From Octopus vulgaris (lineage: Eukaryota), in assembly GCA_951406725.2 (NCBI GenBank), contig OX597840.1:39308001-39372000 (forward strand): 64,000 nucleotides of DNA, read 5' to 3'. Below, piece by piece: positions 40,669 through 56,095 of this stretch. The translations under genes and the position numbers were made by a program. The notes beneath the pieces were generated by a model. That model had not been told where the DNA came from, ran no database searches, and worked only from the letters and a program-made list of their open reading frames with translations. The number at the start of each line of letters is the position of its first letter. The stretch's first letter is position 1.

Positions 40669-40828
40669 ATATTTCCTTACTATCCACAAGGAGCTAAACA
40701 CAAAAGGGACAAACAAGGACAGACAAACGGATTAAGCCGATTACATCGACCCCAGTGCGTGACTGGTACTTATTTAATCGACCCCGAAAGGATGAAAGGC
40801 AAAGTCAACCTCGGCGGAATTTGAACTC
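40669..40828 (-). mobile_element. 5'-truncated SINE family B with 15-bp TSD
   Basis: TSD ataacaatcaaatac at 40654-40668 and 40829-40843. Confidence 0.9.
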
Positions 40829-41439
40829 ATAACAATCAAATACCGCAACCAATGCGAATGAATAACCCCTCCTCCCTACATGACTCACCTCATGTATTAG
40901 CTGCAATCAATTATTGTCTATTGTCATTTATATCAGCTTTGGAGCATCACATGATCTGTCACATGGTAGGAGATTTTGTGTCTTCGTTGGTTTTTTATTC
41001 TTCTTCTATTTTTTGTTCTGTCGTAATTGAAGCAAATGCATCTATTTTTAAGTATTTCCTGCTGAGAAACCTTCTGGAATGTATTTGAATATATCTCCCA
41101 TGCAGACAAAGAAAATAAAGTTAGTAATTTTCAGACGTTTTAAACATTATCATTTTACATTGAAACTAACCTGTACAACAGTGTCATCAGATGCACTGGC
41201 CGGCCAAAAACAAAAAACTCAAATTGAAAGCAAAAAGTAAAACTAATTTAATCACTCAAAATAAAGTTGTTACTCTATTCAGAGGAAATATAAGGTTTGA
41301 CAGCAGCCATTAACGCTGAAATTGTTTGTTAGACTTACCTATCTTAAATTCCAAATGACTACAACAATAACAACAACAACATCGGCATCGTCAACTAAAC
41401 ACACTCTTTGCCGAATGGCAGTGACACAGAGGTCTGCGG

Positions 41440-42300
41440 GGTTTACCAAACTAAGGAATGGAAAGAAAATTCGTACTGAAATAGAGAGAAAGTATTTTCA
41501 GTCTTCCTTCATTCACTCGTGCCATTGTGTAAACCAGAAGCATGAACTATGTGACAGAGAAAATGTTCCTCTGGTTAAACTACGTCGAAAGTTTAAGCGT
41601 TTCAATACAAAAGCCCCTCATCGAACAGTGAACCAAAAAAAAGCGATATATTTTTGATATTGGGTAGCATGGAGGGGCTCTTCATAATCCCTCGAAAAGC
41701 TATGTTTGTCGGCCCTAGACGAAATGTGGAATAGAAAATCCTGCGAAGACTGTATGGATTCATATTCGAAATATTCAAACCACGTATCCGTGTTATAGGA
41801 ATAGCAAGAATAATGGACTAGACGCCATTCTAGAATCTTGTATTTCAAAACATGGGGGGCAAAATAAGGATTATCGTACAAGATATTGGTAATGATATTG
41901 GTGATAAATAATTAGTTAGGTGCGCTCCATAAACAAATGCTAATGAAACCCCGATATTTCTCGGTCGGGTTAGATTTGAGATTAATCGCCATTTAAAGGG
42001 ATTTTGCTTCGTTGAACAAGATAGGATGATGAATCGAAAGACCAATAGTTAGCAGCAGAACTGGCAGAGGACGTGTGTCCGGACAGCAATACAAGTGTCC
42101 CTTGTCGCAAACGGCGAAGTAGTAAGCAATGAGAAAGACGAGGAGATCCTTTCTCATACCATCACCCCCAAACAAAATCTTGCGTCAAAGAGGGGAAATT
42201 GAAAAAGGTACAATGTTAGGAACGTGCAAAAGAAAGCTGAAGAAGCAAAAGAAAATATGTGCCCTTCAGGCATCGGAAAAAATAATCAAAATGTATCATC
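41440..42300 (+). mobile_element. highly decayed LINE apurinic-endonuclease region (RTE-like)
   Basis: Ordered motif remnants across frameshifts: KRFNTKA (GDFNAKV), DIG*HGGALHN (IGxHGxGxxN), KNNGLDAIL (NQIDYIL), DIGDK*LVRC (DIxSDHxLV), later KAEEAKEN. Confidence 0.45.
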
Positions 42301-42631
42301 AATGTATTGAAAGAAATGTTTAAAATAACACCCGAAATGAAAGTCGGAGCCAGCACTTTGGTATTTTATAACCTTTTGCATAGAAATATATTTGATGAAA
42401 ACTAAGTTCGAGATAAAGTGCCGATGAATAGATGAAGTGCAGATTTACAAGATATATAAATACTAATGAAACCCCGATGTGGCTCCGTTGGGTTAGATTC
42501 GAAATAAAGCGCCTCGTTGAACAAGAAATGAGGATAAATAGAAAGAACAATAGATATCAACAGAACTATATGTGGAGAGAGGGGTTAAGGCAGCTTGTTG
42601 GTACATATGTTTGTTTTTTTGGGGTTTTTTT

Positions 42632-42924
42632 CTTCTCGAACCACGCTTGGCTCATAAGGGCCGGTTTCCTGGTTTCTTTAGCGTATAGGTTCCTCATGAG
42701 GATGGGACGCCGGTCCGTCGCAGGTGAGCTGCAAGATGCAGGAAGAAAGAGTGAGAGAAAGTTGTGGCGAAAGAGTCAGCAGAAGTTCGCCATTACATTC
42801 TGCCGGACCCGTGGACCTTAGGTATTTCGCTCATAAACACTCACATCGCCCGGTCTGAGATTCCGAAACCGTGATACATCGACCGCGAGTCCGCTGCTCA
42901 AACCACTAGGCCATGTGCCTCCAC
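42632..42924 (-). mobile_element. SINE with family C head/body and a different 3' tail
   Basis: Minus strand gaggcacatggcctagtggtttgagcagcggactcgcggtcg.. then cctgcgacggaccggcgtcccatcc..gaaaccggcccttatgagcc tail. Confidence 0.85.
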
Positions 42925-43089
42925 TGGTATAGATGTGTGGTCTTTAAATTCCTACTAAGTCGTAGACACTTTCTTGCTCGCTCGGCAAGAACTAGATCTA
43001 CGAAGAAAAGTGTAAAATTCATTTTACTAAAAAGTTAAAAAATAAATTAAACAACTACCAGTAAAGTCATTCTTTTCCTTTTTTCAAAG

Positions 43090-43176
<87 letters not shown>

Positions 43177-43178
<2 letters not shown>

Positions 43179-43370
43179 AGTCGCCATGATAGATCGTTAG
43201 CCACTACACACATTTTTTCTCTCCTTGTTTTTTGTGTCCCTTTCTGTGGAAGAGCGTAGGTTCGAAACGTAAAAGACTTTTTTCTATTCCTGAGCGTTAT
43301 ACTAATACAACTGTTTGTTTTATACACCACCTGTCTTCGTCTTTTGTTTTTTTCGTAAACTCTCCCTATA
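43177..43370 (+). mobile_element. ~200-bp hammerhead-motif element in a (TA)n tract
   Basis: 43240-43275 cttt-CTGTGGA-a-GAGC-gtag-GTTC-GAAAC-GTA-aaag, followed by ttcctgagcgt..taatac as in 2781-2990. Confidence 0.62.
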
Positions 43371-43383
43371 TATATATATATAT

Positions 43384-43465
<82 letters not shown>

Positions 43466-43484
43466 TACGCCGGGCTCCCCATAA

Positions 43485-43645
43485 TCACACGCACGATGGA
43501 CTTCTAAGTTTTCGTCTACCGATTTCACCTCCAAAGGTATTGAACTGTCCAGGCATATAGCAGCAGTTACTTGGTGAAACGTGCCATGCTGTGGGTATGA
43601 ACTCGACACCAAAGTTTGTTTCTAAACCACACGGCCATGACCTTG
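43485..43645 (-). mobile_element. degenerate SINE family A 5' half
   Basis: cgatggacttct..gtttt cgtctacc..gtgccatgctgtggg..tgaactcg..accacacggcca. Confidence 0.55.
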
Positions 43646-44636
43646 CCTAACGTAGTTTACGAAATATTTTAGGGCTCCGAGGAACATATAAAGGCATTTA
43701 TCAATCAGTGCAGATTTTTTCTAAACGGAAATCGTTGGTGATATAACATACGAGGACATAATTGTAGATGGTACTAATAAAACTATTTTATATTGATATT
43801 ATTTATACGACAACAAGCTCTTATAATGATAATCATGATAGGAGCTCATCTATAAATATTAGTGTATCAAACAATAGTTATTCATTGTCATACGAAATTT
43901 ATTGCTTGAAAGAGAAATTAGAAATAAAAACGCTTGGAACTCTCTAACACTGAGAAATAATTATCACATTTTTCAGGATATAAATTTACTTAGGCCATCG
44001 AGACGATGTTAATGAGGTATTATTTAATAATGGCTTTTAAACAATTTGGGATTTTTATAATCTCTTTTCCTTATTGATCATCACTTACAGATAATCCCCT
44101 TGAGCAGAATATATATTCTAGACAATTTCCTTTTTAATGTTCATTGCGATCATATTAATATTATACATTACTGAAAGTTGATGGTCTGTTTCGTTTTCAT
44201 GATTATTTTTACCTTTATTTTTATTTTTGCTTAACATCCTGGCTGATTGACTTTGGTTTGAAGGTAATTTTCGGCGTTAAACAATAAATCTTTCTTCTTC
44301 ACCTTCACCTCCATCATCATCATCAAAATTATCATCAGCCTCTTCTTCTCATTCTTTCTTCCTCTCCTCATTCTTTCTTACTGCAACACTACTACTTATG
44401 CCTATATTTCCTGATATACGACGAAACCTTAGAGTGTACCAGGGAGAGAGGCTCTTAAGTTGTTCAGGAAATTGCACAATAAAGATTCATATAAACTAAA
44501 AATAAAGTAACGAAATACGAACGGCAGAAGGGGTTGCGGGTGAAAATGGTGGGTTGTTGTGTGTTTTGCTAGATATATATGTATGTAGATAGATGTGTTG
44601 ATAGATAGAGAGAGAGATAGACAGAGACAGACATAC

Positions 44637-44700
<64 letters not shown>

Positions 44701-44728
44701 GGATAGATAGATAGATAGATAGATAGAG

Positions 44729-44819
<91 letters not shown>

Positions 44820-45062
44820 TCGATAGATAGGTAGGTAGATAGATAGACAGATAAATAGATAGAAAGATAGATAGAAAGAAAGAAAGATCGATAGATAGAA
44901 AGAAAGATAGATAGATACGTAGATAGATGGATAGATAAATAGATAGATAGATAGATAGATGGATAGATAGACAGACAGACAGATAATCAGACAAACAGGT
45001 GGGTAGGTAGGAATATATATACATACATACATGCATACATACATACATACATACATACATAC

Positions 45063-45093
<31 letters not shown>

Positions 45094-45111
45094 CATACAT
45101 ACATACATACA

Positions 45112-45145
<34 letters not shown>

Positions 45146-45678
45146 GCTGGGTGGGTGTAAATTCCCATAATTTCAAAATACATTTACTAAAATCGAAGTC
45201 AGAAGACTTGACATCCAATACAGAATTAATAACATCGATATAAGATTTGGATACATACACTGAAACCAAGATAATATCTTCCTCGGTCGGATTCGATCTC
45301 AGACCATCTGAGCAAGAAGAAATAATTCACAACAGTCTACCACTACTCTTGCAGCTCAGCAGTTCCATTGTATATACCTATATGGACATAAATTTTCCTC
45401 AACATATATATATATATATGTGAGTGAATATATTTTATCTCTTTGTATACAGACGTACAATCTTTTTCATATGTATTTGTATAGCTTATACACGTATACA
45501 TGATATACACATAGACGCCGACATATGTGCGTAGATGAACATAAACGTATCGCTGTGTGCGCGAGAATGTCTTAGAATCTTCGTGCGAGCGTGTGTGCCT
45601 TTATCGATAAGATTCTTCACCCAAATCTGTAATGAATTATATTTCCTTTCCCCTGATATCGACACACACACACACACA

Positions 45679-45760
<82 letters not shown>

Positions 45761-46159
45761 GACATTTTCATTTGAAAAAAAAATCCGATACTTGCTGTTT
45801 CCAGTTCATGCAATATGGCGTTCTATTTCATATTCCCTTAACCTTTGACGTGCATTTGATTCAGGCTTCCATTCTCTCTCTCACTCACTCTCTCTCTTTC
45901 TCTGTGTGTGTCATTGGGAATGGGATGCGTGTCTTTTTTTTTTTTCAGTATGTGTCTATGTGTGTGTCTTACTGGTTGTGTTTGTGTGCAAATATCTTTT
46001 CTATCTCTGAATGTGGACGCTCATATTTTTTCTTGTGAGTTTTTCAGTTACGTGCGTTTTCTTTTTCTTGTTATTCTTAATTATGTCAGTGAAAGATTTA
46101 AGACATCAAATACTTTTTCAATGACTCTCTCTCTATATATATATATATATGTGTGTGTA

Positions 46160-46204
<45 letters not shown>

Positions 46205-46236
46205 ATATATATATATATATATGTATTTATATATAC

Positions 46237-46289
<53 letters not shown>

Positions 46290-46484
46290 TATATAAATAT
46301 ATATAAATACATACATATATATATACATATATATATATACATACATATATATATATATACATATATATATATTTACACACACATATATATGTATGCATAT
46401 ATATCTATATATATATAGAGAGAGAGACACACACACAGACAGACAGACAGAGAAGGAGAGGAGAGAGAAATAAATATATATGTA

Positions 46485-46556
<72 letters not shown>

Positions 46557-47726
46557 GTGGCAACATATCGACGATTACAACAAAAAAAAGACAAAGCCAA
46601 CATCTCTACAAAAAGAAAACACGACAGCAAAGTAAAACATTGATAGAAAACACGCGATATGGAGAAAGAATTTCCATAATATAGAAGCTACCAAGAAAAG
46701 TCTATGTACATATCCATCACAGAAATGGTACTCTGCTTACAAAGTGTGAATAAAAAGAAGAAAAAAATCGCTATTTGATTTTTTTACCTTTAGTAATCTT
46801 TCAGTTATTCTGTAATATATTTATATTTGTGCGTAGTGGTGTCATAAGAATTTCATTGCGGTACGTAAAGTGAGTTGATAAAAGGCAAATTTGAGTATGT
46901 GAAAAAAAAAAAGCGTTTAATGAAATATAAGTGAGGATATTTCGACAGGAAAATGACATGTGTATTCAGAGAAATTATAGTATATGCCAGACAAATGGAA
47001 AACTTTATATAAAGGAGGATGGTTAATAGATTCAGTATGAAATCGCGGGTGCCAGGTTCTTGCTGCGTAACCTATTCAGAAGGTATCTTCGACCGTATCT
47101 TCGGGAGTGTGTGAGATATCGTAGAAGGAATCGGTAATATCTCTCAGCAGTACCGATTTGCTTGAAGGACCAGCTACGCGTTTTTTATCAGTTCCATTCT
47201 ACCAAACCACTGGACCATTTTAAAAGAAAATATACGTGTGTATTTCTGTTTATATTAGAGAAATGCAAGAAGCCATTCAGAAAATATACAATAAATCGTT
47301 TGAATCCTAATCGAGAAGTGTAAGCCCCTACTAATAACTATATATCCTGAATTTGAAAGCCCCCTAGGGTGGAAAGTAGGCCGAAGGCTACTTGCAGTAA
47401 TTGAACTCATTAATTCCGTTCCCACATTTTCTTCATTCCTTGGCCGACACCATCGATTTCGGCGCCGCAATTATAGCCATTCTCCTTACGAAAATTGGTG
47501 GTAATCCCTCATACTATTTTCAAAACATAATACATATATGTATGTAAGTATGCGTGTGTGTATGTGTGTATATATATATATATGTGTGTGCGTGTGTTTG
47601 TGTGTGTAAGAGTGGTATACAATATATTCTCTTTTATTTATAACTTGTTAGTTTGCTATGCAAATAAACCACGCAGACACATTCACAAATACATACACAC
47701 ACACGTTCATACATACACAAACTATT

Positions 47727-47759
<33 letters not shown>

Positions 47760-48129
47760 CTCTCTCTCTCTCTCTCTCCTTAACTATATATATTTATCAT
47801 ATATAAAAGAATAATGCCTATGATTGCTTTTCGTTTCTTATAAATTTCCAACTTCACATTTTCTTAATTGCTTTTTAGTCATTGTAACACATTTATCTTG
47901 TCTGTTTCCCCGACGTAGAAAATTGTAGTTGTTAAGACACCTGAAGTGAGACAGTAAAATGGTAGGAATTTAAGTAAAAGATAGATGTACAGTTAACTTA
48001 TACAATTCATTCTTTCATGTTCGCGGATTTTCAAAGCGAACTGCACAATAAAGTATTTGTCTTTGCAGCTAGTAATTTTTTATATTGTAAAGAAGAGAGG
48101 TTGAAAAAAAATTGTTAAAAATTCCATAT

Positions 48130-48610
48130 TACTCTTCATGTTGCTTTCGGTGCCAATCCTCACCTATGATAATGATCTTTGAGTAATGTCCGAAAGCCTA
48201 CGATCGCGAAGGCAAATGGCTGGTTTGGAATTCTTTAGAAAGGTCTCCAAAAAAAGGGTTACTCCACAAGATGTGTAGTTCAGAGTTGAGGGAGTTTCTC
48301 CAGGCCGCTCCGCTGCTTCTTCGCATTGGGAGACCACAGCTCAGAAACTACGGACATGTGGTTAGAATTGCACAGCAAAGAATCTGTTGATGGATTCTTC
48401 AAACTGAGCCAAAAGACAGGAGAGATAGATGTAGATCAAGAACGAGATGGTTCCATAATATCTACATGCTCCGTTGGCCACGCTTGGGCTTACAGCAGGA
48501 AAGTTTAATATCGGTTGTTTTCGGTAGGACCCTAAAGATGTGGCTGAAGACTTTCCTTCCATGACCATCCAAAGAATCCTGAGCGGAGACATGAATGGAT
48601 GAATGGATTC
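48130..48610 (+). mobile_element. RTE-clade LINE 3' end (Rex3/Expander-like), degenerate
   Basis: VPILTYDNDL*VMSESLRSR..EFFRR / SSELREFLQAAPLLLRIGRPQLRNYGHVVRI / RSRTRWFHNI..WPRLGL; (ATGR)n tail. Confidence 0.85.
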
Positions 48611-49209
48611 TAACCTTGCTAAAGCGAAATGAATATAAATTTCATGGTCAAAAACCCCTATATCATCCAAACGCGTGAGGGACAAAATCCACATAGGACA
48701 ACCCCCTCCGCCAAAAATAAGGAATATATTTTTTCACCTATACATGGAGAAAGGTCATGTGCAGTCAACCAACACAGAGAAGGAGTATATTTTTTATGAT
48801 TTACGCCAGTAATAAATTACGTAGATAATAATTTTCTCTTCTCATTTTAATGGTATAAATGGTATTACAGTTCAAAAACGGAAAAGAATATAACTGACGG
48901 GAATTTTGTCCAAGGTGGGACTTGTGTCAATCACCATGCAAATATTTTTGATATTGTCTAATGCAGAATTGAGTCATTTCACTTTGATACTGCATAAAAG
49001 ATCTTCCCTATGTTTCTTACTAAACAGGCATTTTATTAAGGGATCCGTGTCCATCCAAACTTTAATCTGACTGTGGATTACGTATTTTTCTTTCCTTCTT
49101 TCTTTAAGCATCAGATTTCTAATACGGAATACAATTTTGATGCTATTTCTAACTGGATGGCAGATTTTGTTTCAAACCTTTATTCATTACGTCTACGCTA
49201 GATACATAT

Positions 49210-49593
49210 GGAGGCGCAATGGCCCAGTGGTTAGGGCAGCGGACTCGCAGTCGTAGGATCGCGGTTTCGATTCCCAGACCGGGCGTTGTGAGTGTTTATT
49301 GAGCGAAAACACCTAAAAGCTCCACGAGGCTCCGGCAGGGGATGGTGGTGATCCCTGCTGTACTCTTTCACCACAACTTTCTCTCACTCCTACTTCCTGT
49401 TTCTGTTGTACCTGTATTTCAAAAGGGCCGGCCTTGTCACTCTCTGTGTAACGCTGAATATCCCCGAGAACTGCGTTAAGGGTACACGTGTCTGTGGAGT
49501 GCTCAGCCACTTACACGTTAATTTCACGAGCAGGCTGTTCCGTTGATCGGATCAACCGGAACCCTCGTCGTCGTAACCGACGGAGTGCTTCCA
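49210..49593 (+). mobile_element. full-length tRNA-derived SINE, family C
   Basis: A box tggcccagtgg, B box ggtttcgattcc, complete tail; candidate TSD agatacata at 49200-49208 and 49595-49603. Confidence 0.92.
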
Positions 49594-49981
49594 CAGATAC
49601 ATACATTTAAACCTAAATGCTTTATTCAGGGTGGGAGAAACGGCACTACATCAAAAAGCAACAGCTAAGGGAGACAACTCCAAACATGAGCAAGGTCATC
49701 AGTCCGAAACGTATTTTAAGTCAGAATCAGGATATGCGAAGATATATTTATAAATATGGAAAATATGGTTCGAGAATACGAGAGAAAAATTTTGCATATT
49801 TAAAACAAATATGGAGAAATTAGTTTGGGAAACCGAAATTTTGTTTGATTGATTTCTTTTCTTCAGCGCTGTTTGCTTTAATTCATATTTGTGCATTGTG
49901 TTTATGATTTTCAGCGTTTGAAGTTGTTGCAATCGCTGTCAAGATGTGTTAAAATCTTACACAAACCTAAAAAGAATTCAT

Positions 49982-50036
<55 letters not shown>

Positions 50037-50052
50037 GTATATATATATATAC

Positions 50053-50241
<189 letters not shown>

Positions 50242-50657
50242 GACATGCACATACACACGTATATACACGTACACGAAAACGAACAAACACACAGTCACAT
50301 AAACACACACATACATGTATATTCGTTTGTTTTCACATCGTAAACAACGAACATGGACGAAGAAAAAATATAAATATAACAAATGATATAAAGAAGTACA
50401 AATAATATAAATATTTCTTTTCGACAACTGACGAAAGTGAATACAAAGTTGGCTTTTGCATGAACTGTAAATACAGACGGGGTTTTTGGGGTTTTTTTTG
50501 TTTTTTTGTTTCATTTGTTTTACTTTAGTTTTGGAAAAAAACAAATAAACACGCACACATATGCGTATGTCAGTTTGTGTGTGTTTGCATATATACAAAT
50601 ATATATACATATATATGTATGTATATATATATACATATAAGTATATATGTATATAGA

Positions 50658-50719
<62 letters not shown>

Positions 50720-50813
50720 TGTATATATATTTATATATCTGTGTTTGTGTGTATGCATAAATATATACATACATAGATATATGTACGTATATATATATAT
50801 ATATATGTATATG

Positions 50814-50846
<33 letters not shown>

Positions 50847-50949
50847 ATGCACATATACCTATACATATGCATATGTATGTACATATATATATATATGAAG
50901 GTATATGTGTATGCATATCCACATGTATGTGCACGTACATATGTATAGG

Positions 50950-50990
<41 letters not shown>

Positions 50991-51562
50991 ATGTATGTAT
51001 ACATATATATGTATATGCATATACTTTTATATATACATATACGTATGCATGTATATATATATATGTTTATATATATTTATATACATACATGTGTGTGTGT
51101 GTGTGTGTGTGTACATGTATAGCTCTGTGTACATTCAAATAAGTATGTGTACATCATTTTCTTTAGTATATGGTGTAGCTACACGATTATAATGCAGGCT
51201 TGATACGTTAAGAAAAATAAATATATAAGTTGGCTGAGGTATATAGATCTGTGTAAGTCTGATTCTTTGGGTATATAGAATGTATGTTTAAGATTTAACT
51301 TTTTAAAACAGCCCCAAGTTAAAGGCTACGTAGAAGAGAAAAGAAAATTAATTTTACTCTCTCTCATAAACACACACACACACGCGCATAACATTCATAC
51401 CCACCCATATGCATAACACAGGTAGGACATAGTGGTACACATACCTTCTGATCAATAGATATATCTGTGTGTTTGTGTGGTTCTGAGTGTGTGTGTGTCA
51501 GCGTTTTTTCTAAATAGCAGGTACAAATATATATTGATACGTACAGGTAGGTATGCATACAA

Positions 51563-51615
<53 letters not shown>

Positions 51616-51698
51616 GGTCTGTGTGAATGTGTGTGTGAGTATTCATGTATGTATATGCACGCTTACATTCAAATGCATAAACATATATAGACTTACGC

Positions 51699-51733
<35 letters not shown>

Positions 51734-51905
51734 CACCTACATATGCATATATATGCATGCATTTATATCTATAAATATGAGCATGTATATATATATATAT
51801 ATATATATATAAATGTATATGTGTATAGAAAAGTGTATATATATACATATATATATATATATATTTATATATTTATATATACATATATGTATATAAATAT
51901 ATGTA

Positions 51906-51950
<45 letters not shown>

Positions 51951-52748
51951 GTACGTATAAATATATATATATATGAGCATATATGTATAAAGAGAGAGGG
52001 AGAGACACAAGGGCTGACATATATCTCTACATTCATACATACATTTAAAATACACAGAGTCATACATGTACATCTGCATTCGTGTTGCATGCATACATGC
52101 ATAAGTACTGAGACACATACATGCATACATACATATATAAACAAATATGAATAGCAGACAGAGGAAGAGAGAGAGAGAGTAAGAGAAAGTAAAAAAAGAA
52201 ATACGCAAAGGGAAACGAAGATTTATGGAAGTGTGATGAGGTAGAAAAATAAATGACAATACACAGAAAGTAAACAATCTCTGAGATGTGGTTGAAGGCA
52301 AAAATATCGTCGATATGTTTCATTGGTATACGTCAGCAAGTACATTCCACCCAAATGAAGTTGATACGGTCAATAACATCTCTTGGCATATATTTGACAG
52401 ATTAATGCAACCTCGTCTCATGAGCTTTTGCTCGAGGTTTCTAGAAGCGACGTAGAACGAAGAATACACGAGAACCATTAACTGTTATTGAAAAGACGTT
52501 GCTGTATATAGAAATGGAACACATTTTCTTTTAAAGATGCTGCAAAAAAAAAGAAAAGATATATATATATATATATATATGGAGTTGTTTGTTTATTTTG
52601 ATAAAGTCTTTTTAACTGACTTTCTAAACTGTATATGTAGGGGAATCTGCGTGATTCCATATGTTTGCATGCACTTAACATTGATGTGTACAATACAAAT
52701 ATACGAATAGTATATGTTGATATGCGCGTATGTGTGTGTTCGTGAGTG

Positions 52749-52782
<34 letters not shown>

Positions 52783-52816
52783 TGTATATATAAATGTCTC
52801 TCTCTTCTCTCTCCCT

Positions 52817-52919
<103 letters not shown>

Positions 52920-53006
52920 CAGGGAGAAAAATGGATAAATACATACATATGTATGTATATATATATTTGTATAGGTAATTGTTAATATGTAATTATAGTT
53001 TGGTAT

Positions 53007-53128
<122 letters not shown>

Positions 53129-53619
53129 TGTAAGTATATTATATCATATCGTATATTACTTATTATATTATACCCTATTATATTACATTATATTACACAT
53201 AACCTATTCATAACAATCCTTGCCACAATGCTTTTTGGGAATCCCTCATCGCTTTCAACTACATAATTATGAATCCTGGTAATTATTCATTGTTTATTCG
53301 TGTACGATGTACATCCCAGTTTTCAGACATTTTCAGGAAAATCGTTTATTGGTTTCAGATGCTGGCACAAGGGCAGAAATTGGCATTTACCCCTCGGACT
53401 CAATTGCTTCTTACAGATCCCCTCAAAGTCAAGCTCTGTGATATTGGAACTACCAACGTGAAGATGGATGAAATACTCGAAACATTACTCTGCCCGACTA
53501 CGGGGACGATACTCCCCAGTTCTCCTCCTTTTAGTGATATTTATACATTTTACAAAAATGGCACAAAACTCAGAATTTGTATTTTGTGCCTCTTTTATGA
53601 GTGGTAGGAAAGCTGCTCT

Positions 53620-53960
53620 TCATTTATAAGACCGTCTTCATGGTCGCAAAACTAATACGTGTCTCTCTCGCCACAGTCCGAATACATTTGCTCAGACCTT
53701 CCATCACGTAACCCAGCATTTATGGGGTAAACTCTGGTTGCGAACACAGAACGCTTGCTTAGGGCGTTCCTGCTGACCACGGCTTTGTAGTCTCAGTTGC
53801 AGCTGTCCATGTCATTACAGACTTTATATCATCCACAATACATCGAGCAGCAACCATAATGTCGCCATTTTGATACTCGGTGCGAATGATCGTGACACTG
53901 AGAAAATGTTCTCCAATATTCACTTGGCTTCCAGTCCTTCATACCAAATCATTTTTTCTC
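53620..53960 (-). mobile_element. possible very degenerate RTE 3' end
   Basis: Minus-strand fragments KSVMTW and RGQQERPKQ resemble the W.P..KR.RGRPK motif. Confidence 0.35.
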
Positions 53961-54166
53961 AACTACAACTTTAATCCTTAGGGGCCCCAACCCCGATATC
54001 GCCTTAGCAATGCATTAAGCTGTTCGTGAAAAAGAAGACAAATGTCGTTGAATTTACTCCCAAAACCCTATAAAGATAAACTGATAGATTTACAGGAAGA
54101 TCACTAAATACAGATGCGTGTATGTGTGTTTACATGTATGTATATATCAATGTATATATGTCTGTC

Positions 54167-54198
<32 letters not shown>

Positions 54199-55367
54199 GG
54201 TATGTATGTATGCATGTACGTATGTATGTATCTATGTATGTATGCATGTAGGCTTATATTATGTATGTATGTATGTATCTATGTATGTATGCATGTAGGC
54301 TTATATTATGTATGTATGTATGTATCTATGTATGTGTATGTATGTATGTATGTATGTATGTATGTATGTATGCATGTATGTATGTATGTATCTATGTATG
54401 TATTTATGTATGTATGTATGTATGTATGTATCTATGTATGTATGTATGTATGTATCTATGTATGTATGTATGTATGTATATATGTATGTATGTATCTATG
54501 TATGTATTTATGTATGTATGTATGTATGTGTGTATGTATGTATGTATCTATGTATGTATATATGTATGCATGTATGTATGTATGTATGTATGTATCTATC
54601 TATCTATCTATCTATATATATATATATTTAAGAGTATGTAAGGTTATTTTATCAGCATAGCGCATATTTGCAATCCTTTTCTGTACGTTTCCTACAGCCA
54701 AAGCGAAAATATACACCCGCGAAATTGAATTAAATCCAATGTGAATCAGAAACGGAGAGCATAAGCCGCGTACAGCCTTTCGAAAGGGATTAAGTACACG
54801 CTGGTGAGTTAAGATTAGTGAAAGAAAGTCGTGAAACAGATTATGATTGGTGAAAATAACAGGCTGGAATATGAAGGTGGGGGGTCGATACGGGAAATAT
54901 TTGTGGCGGAAATAATCCAATTTTGGTGTCTTTTGAATGAGCAGAGGAGAAAAGGAGGGACATTCCAAGACACGAATTATAGTGTAGTATAAATACACAG
55001 ATGAGAGTGCCACTTTCTCTTTCTCTCTCCGTTTCTCTCTCTCTTTCTCCCCTTTCTCTCTCTCCATTTCTCTCTTTCTCCCTCTCTTTCTATCCCCCTC
55101 ATATATATATATACATAGATATATATATATATAAATATAATTAATATTAGGGAATAAATCCAAACTTACAGGGAAAAATCAGATTAAGGATTGAATCCAA
55201 TTTTATAGTAAAATATTATATTATATTACATTAGGGACAAAACCACTATTAGGCAAATCAAACAATGAAAAACTTAAGCCAATACATAAGATTATTTAAT
55301 TTATATTATTTAAATATATAACAAAATTATTTAAAAAAATATAATTAATTTCGTCTCTAATTTAATA

Positions 55368-55441
<74 letters not shown>

Positions 55442-55671
55442 GAGAGACTACATGTATTCACACATACACACACACATATTCACACACGTATGCAAAGATC
55501 TGAGCATACAATCATATTTACATATAAACATATATATGATTGCGTGTGTGTGCGTGTGTATATAAATACATGGAAGCATACATACCTACATATATCTATA
55601 TATACGCACTTCAGCATGTATTTATTTTATTTATTTTCTTCATTTAACTATATACATACGCAAACACATCA

Positions 55672-56095
55672 CACCAGCCAACTCATTCTCGTCGACTCCC
55701 TGCGTCTCTCTGAGGACGTTGTCTCACTCATCCGCGATTAGCCCTCTATAGAAAACTATAGTGGAACTTCCACCGACTGCGTTGCCCGACTGACAGAGGA
55801 CAGTGAGCGCCTGATTAAACTCTAGGTGGTAGGCGCCCTGACTCGGTTTACGCTGGATCCAGGACAGCAGCTCAAACATCCAGATGAGCTGTGGGAAACC
55901 GTGTCTGACTAACGGCGACCCCACCAGCTCACTGCCTAGAAAGCACTGCCTTGAAAGTACCGAAAGGAACCACGGCATTCATCAGGTGCTGACAGCAAAT
56001 GAAACTCCTGGCAAGTGGAATGCGTCTCTTCCAGAGAAAGCGGAAGAGCAGACGGTCCTGTTCTGTCAACTCTCATAAGTCCTGGTTAGTTTAAC
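55672..56095 (-). mobile_element. L1/Tx1-clade LINE ORF2 fragment (post-RT region)
   Basis: GC-rich island; QDRLLFRFLWKRRIPLARSFICCQHLMN then MPW..SPLVRHGFPQL..ELLSWI..FYRGLI resembles the F.FLW....P.V.......GGLG region of L1/Tx1 ORF2. Confidence 0.72.

Noticed and set aside
49210-49285. Functional tRNA genes at SINE heads (also ~10120 and ~59593)
   Set aside because: Acceptor stems do not close and the sequence continues into SINE bodies or degenerate repeat sequence
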